Below, piece after piece: positions 1-10,324 of a stretch of DNA of 64,000 nucleotides; position 1 is the first letter of the stretch, and every line of letters starts with the position of its first letter. This stretch comes from an uncultured Eubacteriales bacterium (GTDB lineage Bacteria > Bacillota > Clostridia > Oscillospirales > Oscillospiraceae). The translations under genes were made by a program, and so were the position numbers. The notes beneath the pieces were generated by a model. That model was not told where the DNA came from, made no database searches, and saw only the letters and a list, made by a program, of their open reading frames with translations. The stretch is taken from the NCBI GenBank assembly GCA_905198835.1, contig CAJKDY010000001.1, forward strand, positions 150,263-214,262, given 5' to 3'.

Positions 1-5
1 CCACT

Positions 6-3000
6 GTGACCTCTTTGAACGGCGGCGTCCCGGTCAGCGTCAGCGTACCCTTCAGCGCCCTGAGCAACCTGACCCGGAATGCCGACGGCACCGTGGCTAC
101 CGTGGACGTCAACGACACGGTGGGCGGCGTGAACCTGAGCCTCACCGACGCTACCGACGGGCCCATCACCGTGACGTTCAACAACGCCATTCGGACCCGC
201 TACGAGCTGCGCGACGTCATCGCCCAGCCCGGCGTGACCCGTATGACCATCAAGGTCACATCCGAAGACCGCACCGTCAGCCGGGAGTACACCGTCACCA
301 TCATCCGCAAGACCGATCCCGACGCGGCCAAGCTCCGGGACATCCAGATGTTCCAGGGCGTGGAGACCATCCCCGACGGCGAGACTGTGGAGACCCAGGG
401 CCTGACTTTGATGAAGTACCTGACGCCCGGTGACTACTACGACTTCTCGCCCGTGTTCGATCCGGACAACATCCGCTACTTCTTCGCGGTGCCCGAGCTG
501 ATGACCGGGGACATCTACCTGAATCCCGTCACCTTCTCCGACGCCTCCTATGACATCGTCGCGAGTACCTACCGCAACGGACAGGTCCAGATCCCCAACC
601 GCAACGTGACCGATAACGTCATCATCGTGCCCGCGCTGAATCCGGGCGAGACCTTCCGGGTCGAGCTGAACATCACCCGCAAGGGTAACGGCGCCAGCGT
701 CGGTGGCTCTACCAACTATACGCTGTACTTCTACAAGAACGACGCCACCGAGCAGCTGATCACCGCCACCAACGACCTCCGCGAGCGGGTGGATTACAGT
801 CCCTTCAGCGACCTGAAGCTGGACAGTGTGCCGCTGACCCGGAACGCCTCTAGCACCGCCAACGCCAGCGACCACAACTTCTATTACAACACCACCAACG
901 CCACGGTGGACCTGACCCTGAATCTCTTCGCGCTGGCGGCCAACAACGGCGGCTATAAGGTCTACTGGGCCGATATGAGCACCTACGATCCCATGACCGG
1001 CGAGCCGGTGTGGAACGAGATCACCGACCTCCAGGGCGTTACCACGCTGGGTATGGCCGACAAGAACAGCAAGTGGTTCGTGCTCAAGGCCACCGACCAG
1101 GTCAACAAGTTCTACTCCTCCATCGCGGTCTACCGCGATCCGGGCGGACTCCACGATACCAAGTTGGAGAACCTGGCCGTGTCCAAGCCCACCGTGCCGC
1201 TGTTCCGCGACGACCGCTATGAGTACTTCGCGGCCGTGGATGTGGAGACCGGCACCGCCAAGATCATCGCCCAGGCCAAGACCGGCGGCAGCTACCTCAC
1301 CGAGCTGCGGGTGCGTAGCGTGGGCGGCGAGTACCTGGCCGGCGACATCCTCAGCAACGGCGCCCGGGTAGAGACCGGCGACATCAAGCTCCACCAGGGC
1401 AGCAACCGGGTCACTGTCACCGTCAAGCACGTGGTAACTGACGCCGCTGCCGTAGCTACCACAACCACCGGCGGCCAGGTCACAAAGCCCTCTGTGGAGG
1501 AGCGGACCTACAAGCGGGCCTACGAGATCGAGCTCTACCTGGCAGGCGAGACCGCCTACGTGGTGGACAAGGATGCCGAGGGCAACTATCAGCAGACCTA
1601 CACCACCGACCGCAACGGCTTCAAGCAGGAGACCTATGTGCCCGTCCACGGCGCTGGCACAGAGGCTGACAACCGCATGGACCGCGAGGAGCGGCTGGAC
1701 ACCGCCGACATCATCTGGATGGATTACACCTCCGGCGGCTACCTGACGCCCATCTGGAACAGCGATCTGGTGGACTACTTCCTGAGCTACCCGTACTTCT
1801 CCAACGAGTATGAGTATGAGTACGAGTACGATGAGCACGGCGCCCTCAAGCTCGACGCCGCCGGCAAGCCGGTACCCAAGTACAACGAGTACGGTCTGCC
1901 CGTGCCCAAGCGCTATACCTCCGGCCCGAAGAAGGGCGAGGTGGTGTACCTTGTCAACGATCATCTGAACCTGAAGGCGACCCTCCGGCCCGAAGAGGTG
2001 GACCGCGCCACGGTCAAGGTGGACCTGGTCACGGTGGATCCCGTCACCGGCGACAAGACCTACTACGCTACCGAGACCCTCAACCGCGATCCGGGCACCG
2101 GCGAGTTTATCTACGCCATTCCGAACCTCCATGAGGGCGAGAGCCAGATCACCTTCACCGTTCAGGTCAAGGGCAAGGACTATGTCACCGGCACTACCAA
2201 CTTCACCGACGCGCTGATCACTGAAAAGCACTATATGATCACCGTCTACCGGGCCCTCACCGACCAGTACGAGCAGCCCAATGTGGCCGACAACACCGCC
2301 ATTCGCGTCAATGGCACGGGCAACTTCGCCGGTCAGGTCTTTGGCACCATTCCCGACTTTGACCCGGAGATCAACTTCTACTACCTGAACCTGCCCAACG
2401 AGGCTCGGGATGTGGAGCTGTGCGCTCAGCCCGGCGTGTTTGAGAAGGTCCTCGGTACCACCAAGACCCGGACCACCTACACCCTCATCGTCAACGGTAA
2501 GACCGTAGCCGCCAGCGACTTCTCCGCGGGTATCCTCAACAAGCTGCCCATCCACGACCTGATGGTGGGCGACAACACCGTGGAGATCGACATCACCGTG
2601 CCCGGCCAGGCCACCAAGTACTACACCTTCATTCTCAACGTGGGCGACGCCGAGCAAAAGAAGCTGGACGCCACCGTGGACGCCAACTGGCCGCTGCCCT
2701 CCATGACCAATATCCGCATCAACACCACCCTGGGCGGCGCGCTGGGCACCGACGAGACCCTGATCCCCGGCTTCCACAGCAACATCCACTACTACAACGT
2801 GGTGGTGCCCTACAACGTCGATCAGGTCTATGCCTACGGCGCGGCCACCGAGGCCGGCGAGCTCCGCATTGCCAGCATCAACGTGGACGACGTCCGTTGG
2901 GACGCCACCGCTGCCGACAAGCTGACCGCCGAGCTGGAGGGCTGGCGGAACCTGCCCATCCCGCTGAAGGTGGGCAACGAGAACAACATCGAGTTCGTGG

Positions 3001-6000
3001 CCTACGGCCGGGATGCTGAGGGCAATGTGACCAACACCATGGTCCGCTACATCGTCAACGTGGTCCGTCTGCCCGAGGGCTATGTGGCGCCCGAGCTGGA
3101 GTTCCTGGGCATTAGCGAAGGCACCATGACGCCCACCTTCCATGGCCGCACCAACAATTACTATGCCACCGTGCCCTACGACATGGAGAGCGTCAACGTG
3201 GAGTCCTTCGGCACTACCTACGGCGCCATGGGCATTGTCACCAAGCCCGCCGACACCCCTGCCAGCATCGTCAAGATGGTGGGCGGCGACTCCGTCAGCG
3301 TGGGCCAGGCCCTCTATGTGGCCGACTCGCTGAAGCTCAACGTGGGCGACAACCTCATCCGCGTCTACCTCTACGACGTGCGCGATGTGCCCGACGGCGG
3401 CTACCCGTACTACATCGGCGTGTACTCCCTGACCATCCACCGCGAGGCCAAGGACGGCGTCGTGATGGAGCTGGGCGAGGGCGAACGCCAGAAGACAGAC
3501 GTCAACGGTGACCCGCTCTATGAAGCCGACGGTGTTACCCCTGTGACCGAGACGGTTCCCGCCATCTCCGTCCAGCGGGTGGACAAAAACGGCATCAGCG
3601 TGGCCGGCGCCCACAAGCTGAACCTGAGCTACGAGTTCAACGAGTATACCAATTACCTCTATGTGGAGCGCGAGGACACGGCGGTGATCTTCCACGCCAA
3701 CGCCATTCACGACCGGAACCTTGTCACCGTCAACGGCGTGGCCATGCCTGCCGACGACAGCGGCGTCCGGGTCACCATCCCGGCCGACAACACCAGCGTG
3801 GTGGTCATTGCCGTCACCGATCCTGTCACCGGCACCATGAAGCGCTACACCGTCACCGTGGTCCGGGGCCGCACCGAGGCGCAGGCCGCCACCACGCCCG
3901 AGCTGGGCTACAACTTCCCGGGCATCATCCGTAACATCCAGGTCTCCGGTCTGGACGCCAGCAAGGCGCCTGCTACCGTCGCGGCCAGCACCCTGGCAGT
4001 CAGCGGCGAGGTGAAGATCAGTCCCTACGAGGGCACCATCACGCTGGCCAACGGCCATACCTACACCGGTAAGCTGGTGGACATCACCGTGGAAGCTCTG
4101 TACGATATGGGCCGGCTGACCACCCGGGCCACCGCCGCCACGCGGGTGCGCATCAATGGCCACACCGCCAAGATGTCCCCGGGCAGCAGCGACCAGACCC
4201 GCCGGTACACCGTGACCCTGCCCATGAACACCTACACCGACCGCTTCGACATCCGGGTGGACTTCCCGCGGGTCACTGGCACCGGCGCCACTGCCCAGGT
4301 GGAGCGCATCGACAACATCTCCTATGTGTTGATGATCACCGACGAGGCCAACGCCCCGCATGAGGTGGACACCACCGTGGAAGAGAGCATCTATGGCGAC
4401 ATCGTTAAGCCGCTGCGCTGGACCCAGGAAGACTACGAAGCGTGGGTAGCCGACGAGACCGCCAAGGGCACTACGGCCCTGAGCCTCAGCGACTGGACCA
4501 TCGCTACGGGCCATACCATCGGCGAATTCAAGTACACCGATAAGGTCATCACCGGCCCGCAGCTGGCGGAGATCCAGCTGGACGAGAACGACGGCACCGT
4601 CCACTCCGGCACCTTCACCACCAAGTTCCACGGCGATGTGTTCAGCTACCGGGCCACTGCCCAGGGCGACACCTTCTCCGTCTACGCCACGGTGGAGAGC
4701 GATAACGGTCGCGCCATGTACGCCGACACCCACTACCGCCGCGCCGTGCGCAGCTATGTGGACCACTACGGCCAGCAGGTCAACATCGGCGATTACATCG
4801 ACGCCGCGGGCAACCGGATCCTCGGCCAGTATCAGGGCCACTACGACACCTCTGTCATTCCCAACGTCTTCCAGACCAGCTATACCGACGCCAACAGCCA
4901 TGTGGTCCAGGTGGCCACCAGCACCGACGGCAAGGGCAACCTGGTCATCGGCGCGGGCGATTGGGTGGACGCCAACGGCAACTTCGTGGCTGGCACCGAG
5001 GCCGCGGCTCTGGCCGCCCTCACCCCCGCCCAGCTGGAGGCCATCACCGCCGACCGCACCACCTACATCGAGGTCTACGATGAGCAGGACAACCGCTTCA
5101 CCGTCTCCAAGTCCGGCGACTACGTCCACTTCAAGTTCCCGACCGACGACGCGGGCAAGCGGAAGGTGATGAACCTGACCTTCCGGGTCATCCAGTACGC
5201 CGACTCCGGCTACGAGCTCGTCAGCGAGTACAAGCTGCGGGTCTATCCCACCAGTGAGCCCATCATCGACGACCTGCGGCTGTATCAGTCCCGCATGAAC
5301 GGGCCCAAGCCCTTCGACCCGCTGGAGCGGGAGTACTACGGCGAGGTGTATAAGCGCCAGGACGGCTACGGCGTCTACGCTCACGCGGAGTACTTCGACC
5401 TGGGCGACACCGCCTGGCGTGACGGTAAGCTGACCATGGTGGCCCGCTATCCCGAGCTGGCGCCTTACGACACCGGCGTGCTCGATCCCAAGACGGGTAT
5501 GCCGCTCATCCTCCAGCCCGGCCAGAAGTACCTGGTGGAGGACGCGCCGCTGACCGTGGAGGGCAGGACCTATCAGCCCGGCGACGAGGTGGAGTACAAG
5601 GAGATGTGGTACCTCAATGACGGCACCGCCTGGGTGGCCAACGACAAGGCCCGGAAGGACGACTACCGTTACTACGAGTACCAGATGACCGGCCACACTG
5701 CCATCGCCGACGTCAACGGCAAGAATCCCGGCGACGCCGACTATATCCCGACCTATCAGCCTGACACCAGCGTCACCTGGGGCCATGAGGACTTCTCCGG
5801 CTACTTCCCGCAGGAGACCCTGCCCGACATCAGCGGCAACAACACCCAGTGGACCGACCTCTACGCCGCCAACCCGGGCTACGCCTACGCCGACAAGCCT
5901 TACCTGCCCTGGGATCTGTCCAAGTTCGACGTGATCGTCAGCCTGACTTATCCGTACAAGCAGAACACGGCCAACACCAGCTATGTGGACAGCAAGGGCC

Positions 6001-9000
6001 AGAGCGTGGCGCCTGGCGACTATGTGGCTAAGGAGACCGTGACCATCGGCGGCGTCACCTACCAGGCTGGTGACCTGATCCTGGCGGCCTCCACGACCTC
6101 CGCGGCGACGTTGGAGAGCTGGAAGCAGAGCGGCGACGAGCGCTACGACGCGGTGACCATCTTCCGGGTGGGCAGCTACACCGTCCACATGACCCGGATC
6201 AACGTGCCCATCCTGCCCATCACCCTGGACGACATGGAGGCCTTCCAGCTGGAGAACCTCCACCGCGATCTGGTCCAGATCGGCGCCATCATGACCGGCC
6301 CGGACTACAACGACGTGTTGCTCGACGAGAACAACGAGCTGCTGCCGCCCGCGGTGAAGGACAAGACCACCGACCCCGTGACCTATTGCGCGCCCAACTT
6401 CGATCCGGAGCATCCCTACTACCTGCTGACGCTGGATCACCGTATGAACGTCATGTGGCTGGAGATGGACTTCCCGACCACCGGGCCGGACGCGAAGACC
6501 GTTACCATCACTTCCGCCGACGTCCGCAGCCAGTTCCCCGAGTCTTACTATTACCCGCAGCTCAACGAGACGGTAACTCCGGGCCAGAAGGTCGGCATCA
6601 AGTTCGGCGATCAGTACTACGCCGACGAGAACTTCAAGACCCTGCTCCAGGTCACCGTCAAGGGCGACAACCCGGTGGGCAACATCGCCAGATACATGAT
6701 CTGGGTGGTCCGGGGCGAGCGCAGCGACAGCGAAAGCGAGCTGGACGTGAACGTGTACTACGGTCTCAACCAGACCGAGGCCCACGACGCGGCCACCAAG
6801 GGTGACGTGACCTACGAGGCCATTCTGACCCAGGCCACGGAGCGCTACACCAATGATCCCACCCACGCCGCCGAGCTTGGCGCGGGCACCGCGGCTGACC
6901 TCACCGAGGAAGAGCTGTGGGGCACCCTCTACTGGTTCGACGCCGACCAGGACGGCACCGCTGAGATCCACGTCTGGCCCGGCGTGCTGGAGAGCGCACA
7001 GGCCCTCTATGTGGACACCACCGACAGCAACACCATCAAGGTGGCCAAGACCGAGGAGGCCGTCCCCGACGATCCCACCAACCCGGGCAGTAAGATGCCC
7101 ATCCTGGCAAAGGTGAACGGCTTCAGCACCACGCGCTACCTCTACACCGCCACCCTGCCCATGTCCGCCAAGAACCTGACTTTGGACCTGAAGGAGTTTG
7201 GCGCCAGCGGCATGGACCACGTCAGCGTGGTGTATAACAACCAGTACTACCACGCCGACACTGCCAACGCCATCGGCTCCATCGCCGACGACGAGCCCAG
7301 ACCCGACTTCCAGCTGGATACCCTGGTGGACGTGGCCCTGAAGCGGGGCGAGCAGCTGAGCTACATCTTTGTCACTGTCCATCCCGATCTGGCCACCGCG
7401 CCTGACGGCATCACCAAGGATGACAAGTACTACATCGACAACGCCACCACCTATGTCATCCGGGTGACTCGCTTGAACAACCAGGCCTTCGAGAACATCT
7501 GGGTCACAGACACCGAGTACACCCACCGCAAGGACGTGGTCTCTGACGACAACCGGCCCGAGTACTTCGAGCAGATGTGGCTCATGGAGGACTCCGGTGC
7601 GCCCAAGACCGAGTACCAGCTGGCGCAGAAGCTGCTGGATCCCAGCACCAACCTGGGCGAGACCTACACCGACACTCAGGGCAATGTCAAGCTGAAGTAC
7701 GACGTCAACGACGACGGCGTGGTGGACACCGCGGACATCGCCTACCTGGTGGATCTGACCTGGCTGCCCGACGAGGATGGCACCGTGGTCAACAAGTGGG
7801 GCAATACCTACACTGCCACCAAGCATGAGCAGCTGCACAACATCTACGACCGGGACGTGAACCGTATGCACGCTGACTACGGCGTCTATGTGGACACCCT
7901 GGACACCTATATCCTGCTCAACGCTTTGGCTCCCGGCAACACCGCCGACGGCCCCGGCGCCAACCCCGATTACTACATTATCATCGAGGAATACGGCGTC
8001 AGCGAGCCGCAGATGGTGGACTCCCGCACCTTCGGACAGGGCCCGGGCAAGATCATCGATGCCCAGTTCCGTCTGGACGCCAGCAAGGAAGAGCAGATCT
8101 TCCAGTTCACCATCGTCAACACCACCGACGGTACCGAGGGCGTCTACTTCCTCCACGTCTACCGCTACATCCCCGACGACGCGGTATACAAGGTCCAGAC
8201 CCACATCGTGGGCAACCTGGAGACCGCCGCCAAGCGCGTGCCCGACACCGCCAAGCACCGGGATTACTCCTTCACCTGGACGGTGTACCGCAAGACCGAC
8301 CTGCTGCGGTACTACCAGGGCCTGGACGCCGACCTGACCACGGATCCCTCCGGCTTCACCCTGGAGGCGGAGACCACGCTCAACCCGGCCATCCCGCACC
8401 CGTACACCACCAAGGCCGTTGGTTGGTACACGGTGGATCAGGCGGTGGAGAAGTACCTGCCCAGCCTGATGACCCTGTCCTACACCGAGCGGTTCGCCGC
8501 GTTGCTGGATCCCGCCAACCTGGCGGCCTTCGGCGGCACCGCGCCGCTGATCGAGGTGGCCACGGGCACCCAGATCGACGACCAGAAGGGCGATTACCAT
8601 ATCGACCTGACCGACCAGGCCCCCGGCGCCTACATGATCGTCTTCCAGCGCAAGGGCAGTTTGGACCTGCTGTACGACAACGTGCTGGTCTACAACACCT
8701 ACGCGCCTGCCAAGTACGACTTCGGCACCGACTTCCTGGTGGCCGGCGATCTGAACCACGATGGCGAGATCGACAAGCTGGACCTGGGTATGTTCGACCA
8801 GTACAAGGCCGCTGTGGACGGTGTATACCGTGACCTGCTGGCTCGCACGGTGGTCACCAAGCTGAGTGTCACCACCAACTCCGGCTGGACTGGCTCCTTC
8901 GTGACCGGCGATACGCTCACCGGCGCTATGGCCAAGGCCGGCATCACCGTGGCGTATGAGGGCATCGATGTCACCTCGCCCGCCGCCACCGTGGGTCCGG

Positions 9001-10031
9001 ATAAGTTCGCCGTGGACGGCAGCTTGAAGTTCTACCTCAGCACCCGCGCCGACCTCCAGACCATGGCGGACCTCACCGCCGCCGGCGCCACCTTGCTGGA
9101 CGCTACCGGCTACACCTTCACCACCGCCGACGAGGGCCAGCCGCTCTACCTCTACGCCGCCTTTAAGTTCTTTGACAGCGGCATGGACGATGACGACTCT
9201 GTGGACGTGGCCTTCCAGGTCCAGAGCATCACCGTCACCGATCCCGCCGCCACGACCTCCGCCACCACGGCCTCCGCAATGACTGCCGAGCGGTACATCG
9301 CGCCGGTGGAGCGCACGGACGCGGAGCATGACGAGACCGAAGAACTGCCCGTGGACGAGGATGTTGTGGAGGTCCTGGACCTGGTCACCGGCGAGCGGCT
9401 ATCCATGGAAGTCGCCGTGCTCCAGAGCATGGACGACGTGGCTGAACTGCCCATGGACCTGACCGGCGAGGACGAGACCGAGACCGTAGCCGAGCTGCCC
9501 GTCCTGACCGACGACGTAGCCGAGCTACCTGTCCTCACTGACGACGTAGCCGAGTTGCCCGCCGACGAGACGTCCGGATCCGACGACCACGAAGACGCCG
9601 CTAGCATCGAGCACACCGGCAGCGCCGACCACCGGCTGGAGGAGACGTCCGACTACGACGAGCGCGAGGAGATCCCCGTCTTTGACGAGGAGGACTGGAA
9701 CACCGCAGTGGAGCTGCCCGCTGAGGACGGCTACGAGAGCTTGGTCACAGACCCCGTCACCAGCAGCGCCCAGAAGCTGGCCGAGTACCTGTTCACCAAC
9801 GGCATCAGTTTGGACAGCGCCGAGGGCCAGGCCCTGCTCATGGAGATGATCATCTTGGGCAACGCCAACTTCGACGCCAACATCCTGGACCTGGACGGCA
9901 GCAAGATCCTGACCGACGCCGACGCTGCCTTCATCCACGATAACTGGGGCTTCACCGCTTACGGCTCCTGCCGCCTGGACAATATGTACCATCGCTACCA
10001 GGCCATTTTGGAGCCCTGGTCCACCATCTGA
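6..10031 (+). CDS. Giant secreted surface protein 1 (5'-truncated at window edge; at least 3341 aa). It is built of Ig-like beta-sandwich repeats and has an acidic repetitive linker. Dockerin-like Ca-binding loops lie at roughly nt 7696-7760, 8743-8812 and 9883-9940.
   Basis: An uninterrupted ORF runs from the window edge in frame. Composition is Thr/Asp/Gly/Tyr/Val-rich, acidic and low in Lys. Repeated ...YT(V/L)x(V/I) strand-ending motifs are present. Dockerin-type loops are KYDVNDDGVVDTADIAYLVDL, GDLNHDGEIDKLDLGMF and LDLDGSKILTDADAAFI. A terminator hairpin follows the stop. Confidence 0.85.
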   Translation: MTSLNGGVPVSVSVPFSALSNLTRNADGTVATVDVNDTVGGVNLSLTDATDGPITVTFNNAIRTRYELRDVIAQPGVTRMTIKVTSEDRTVSREYTVTIIRKTDPDAAKLRDIQMFQGVETIPDGETVETQGLTLMKYLTPGDYYDFSPVFDPDNIRYFFAVPELMTGDIYLNPVTFSDASYDIVASTYRNGQVQIPNRNVTDNVIIVPALNPGETFRVELNITRKGNGASVGGSTNYTLYFYKNDATEQLITATNDLRERVDYSPFSDLKLDSVPLTRNASSTANASDHNFYYNTTNATVDLTLNLFALAANNGGYKVYWADMSTYDPMTGEPVWNEITDLQGVTTLGMADKNSKWFVLKATDQVNKFYSSIAVYRDPGGLHDTKLENLAVSKPTVPLFRDDRYEYFAAVDVETGTAKIIAQAKTGGSYLTELRVRSVGGEYLAGDILSNGARVETGDIKLHQGSNRVTVTVKHVVTDAAAVATTTTGGQVTKPSVEERTYKRAYEIELYLAGETAYVVDKDAEGNYQQTYTTDRNGFKQETYVPVHGAGTEADNRMDREERLDTADIIWMDYTSGGYLTPIWNSDLVDYFLSYPYFSNEYEYEYEYDEHGALKLDAAGKPVPKYNEYGLPVPKRYTSGPKKGEVVYLVNDHLNLKATLRPEEVDRATVKVDLVTVDPVTGDKTYYATETLNRDPGTGEFIYAIPNLHEGESQITFTVQVKGKDYVTGTTNFTDALITEKHYMITVYRALTDQYEQPNVADNTAIRVNGTGNFAGQVFGTIPDFDPEINFYYLNLPNEARDVELCAQPGVFEKVLGTTKTRTTYTLIVNGKTVAASDFSAGILNKLPIHDLMVGDNTVEIDITVPGQATKYYTFILNVGDAEQKKLDATVDANWPLPSMTNIRINTTLGGALGTDETLIPGFHSNIHYYNVVVPYNVDQVYAYGAATEAGELRIASINVDDVRWDATAADKLTAELEGWRNLPIPLKVGNENNIEFVAYGRDAEGNVTNTMVRYIVNVVRLPEGYVAPELEFLGISEGTMTPTFHGRTNNYYATVPYDMESVNVESFGTTYGAMGIVTKPADTPASIVKMVGGDSVSVGQALYVADSLKLNVGDNLIRVYLYDVRDVPDGGYPYYIGVYSLTIHREAKDGVVMELGEGERQKTDVNGDPLYEADGVTPVTETVPAISVQRVDKNGISVAGAHKLNLSYEFNEYTNYLYVEREDTAVIFHANAIHDRNLVTVNGVAMPADDSGVRVTIPADNTSVVVIAVTDPVTGTMKRYTVTVVRGRTEAQAATTPELGYNFPGIIRNIQVSGLDASKAPATVAASTLAVSGEVKISPYEGTITLANGHTYTGKLVDITVEALYDMGRLTTRATAATRVRINGHTAKMSPGSSDQTRRYTVTLPMNTYTDRFDIRVDFPRVTGTGATAQVERIDNISYVLMITDEANAPHEVDTTVEESIYGDIVKPLRWTQEDYEAWVADETAKGTTALSLSDWTIATGHTIGEFKYTDKVITGPQLAEIQLDENDGTVHSGTFTTKFHGDVFSYRATAQGDTFSVYATVESDNGRAMYADTHYRRAVRSYVDHYGQQVNIGDYIDAAGNRILGQYQGHYDTSVIPNVFQTSYTDANSHVVQVATSTDGKGNLVIGAGDWVDANGNFVAGTEAAALAALTPAQLEAITADRTTYIEVYDEQDNRFTVSKSGDYVHFKFPTDDAGKRKVMNLTFRVIQYADSGYELVSEYKLRVYPTSEPIIDDLRLYQSRMNGPKPFDPLEREYYGEVYKRQDGYGVYAHAEYFDLGDTAWRDGKLTMVARYPELAPYDTGVLDPKTGMPLILQPGQKYLVEDAPLTVEGRTYQPGDEVEYKEMWYLNDGTAWVANDKARKDDYRYYEYQMTGHTAIADVNGKNPGDADYIPTYQPDTSVTWGHEDFSGYFPQETLPDISGNNTQWTDLYAANPGYAYADKPYLPWDLSKFDVIVSLTYPYKQNTANTSYVDSKGQSVAPGDYVAKETVTIGGVTYQAGDLILAASTTSAATLESWKQSGDERYDAVTIFRVGSYTVHMTRINVPILPITLDDMEAFQLENLHRDLVQIGAIMTGPDYNDVLLDENNELLPPAVKDKTTDPVTYCAPNFDPEHPYYLLTLDHRMNVMWLEMDFPTTGPDAKTVTITSADVRSQFPESYYYPQLNETVTPGQKVGIKFGDQYYADENFKTLLQVTVKGDNPVGNIARYMIWVVRGERSDSESELDVNVYYGLNQTEAHDAATKGDVTYEAILTQATERYTNDPTHAAELGAGTAADLTEEELWGTLYWFDADQDGTAEIHVWPGVLESAQALYVDTTDSNTIKVAKTEEAVPDDPTNPGSKMPILAKVNGFSTTRYLYTATLPMSAKNLTLDLKEFGASGMDHVSVVYNNQYYHADTANAIGSIADDEPRPDFQLDTLVDVALKRGEQLSYIFVTVHPDLATAPDGITKDDKYYIDNATTYVIRVTRLNNQAFENIWVTDTEYTHRKDVVSDDNRPEYFEQMWLMEDSGAPKTEYQLAQKLLDPSTNLGETYTDTQGNVKLKYDVNDDGVVDTADIAYLVDLTWLPDEDGTVVNKWGNTYTATKHEQLHNIYDRDVNRMHADYGVYVDTLDTYILLNALAPGNTADGPGANPDYYIIIEEYGVSEPQMVDSRTFGQGPGKIIDAQFRLDASKEEQIFQFTIVNTTDGTEGVYFLHVYRYIPDDAVYKVQTHIVGNLETAAKRVPDTAKHRDYSFTWTVYRKTDLLRYYQGLDADLTTDPSGFTLEAETTLNPAIPHPYTTKAVGWYTVDQAVEKYLPSLMTLSYTERFAALLDPANLAAFGGTAPLIEVATGTQIDDQKGDYHIDLTDQAPGAYMIVFQRKGSLDLLYDNVLVYNTYAPAKYDFGTDFLVAGDLNHDGEIDKLDLGMFDQYKAAVDGVYRDLLARTVVTKLSVTTNSGWTGSFVTGDTLTGAMAKAGITVAYEGIDVTSPAATVGPDKFAVDGSLKFYLSTRADLQTMADLTAAGATLLDATGYTFTTADEGQPLYLYAAFKFFDSGMDDDDSVDVAFQVQSITVTDPAATTSATTASAMTAERYIAPVERTDAEHDETEELPVDEDVVEVLDLVTGERLSMEVAVLQSMDDVAELPMDLTGEDETETVAELPVLTDDVAELPVLTDDVAELPADETSGSDDHEDAASIEHTGSADHRLEETSDYDEREEIPVFDEEDWNTAVELPAEDGYESLVTDPVTSSAQKLAEYLFTNGISLDSAEGQALLMEMIILGNANFDANILDLDGSKILTDADAAFIHDNWGFTAYGSCRLDNMYHRYQAILEPWSTI
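9486..9563 (+). repeat. Tandem 30-nt in-frame repeats (2.6 copies) encoding VAELPVLTDD in the acidic C-terminal linker of giant protein 1.
   Basis: The copies gtagccgagctgcccgtcctgaccgacgac, gtagccgagctacctgtcctcactgacgac and gtagccgagttgcccgcc encode the same peptide but differ at synonymous positions. Confidence 0.8.
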
Positions 10032-10060
10032 TCCAAGGCCCGAGTTTCGCACAGACCCTT

Positions 10061-10097
10061 AGCACCCACCGTTTACACGGTGGGTGCTTTCTTTTTG
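10061..10097 (+). terminator. Rho-independent terminator after giant gene 1.
   Basis: Hairpin agcacccaccg-tttaca-cggtgggtgct is followed by ttctttttg. Confidence 0.75.
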
Positions 10098-10180
10098 TCG
10101 CCGGGGCAGGGGAGGGGGCAGGTTTCATTGTCCCTTCAAGACCTTAGCCAGAAAAACTTCGTGGAAATTCGCCCTTTTAG

Positions 10181-10209
10181 TTGACAATAATCGGTAAATG
10201 AAGTATGAT
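10181..10209 (+). promoter_or_regulatory. Sigma-A type promoter upstream of giant gene 2 (probable promoter of the gene 2-3-4 operon).
   Basis: TTGACA (10181-10186), a 17-nt spacer and TATGAT (10204-10209) sit in a locally AT-rich intergenic stretch, with a ~115 nt 5'UTR before the ATG at 10325. Confidence 0.65.
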
Positions 10210-10324
10210 ATACCTGTATGAGTATCACTATGCCCAAATGGACCCAAAAGCAGGTAAATCTAACCATATATTCCAATATCTGGAATATGTTGAGACGAAA
10301 ACTCCCGATGGGAGGGGTTGCTTT

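Noticed and set aside
10205-10324. Upstream ATG (10205) extension of giant gene 2 and similar N-terminal extensions of ilvE (42751), pyrB (44169), rubrerythrin (55524), rpmI (57220), XRE (63000) and the small ORF (63034)
   Set aside because: The extended starts lack Shine-Dalgarno sequences. The 10205 start sits inside the -10 box. In each case an internal start with a strong RBS yields the canonical N-terminus or signal peptide.
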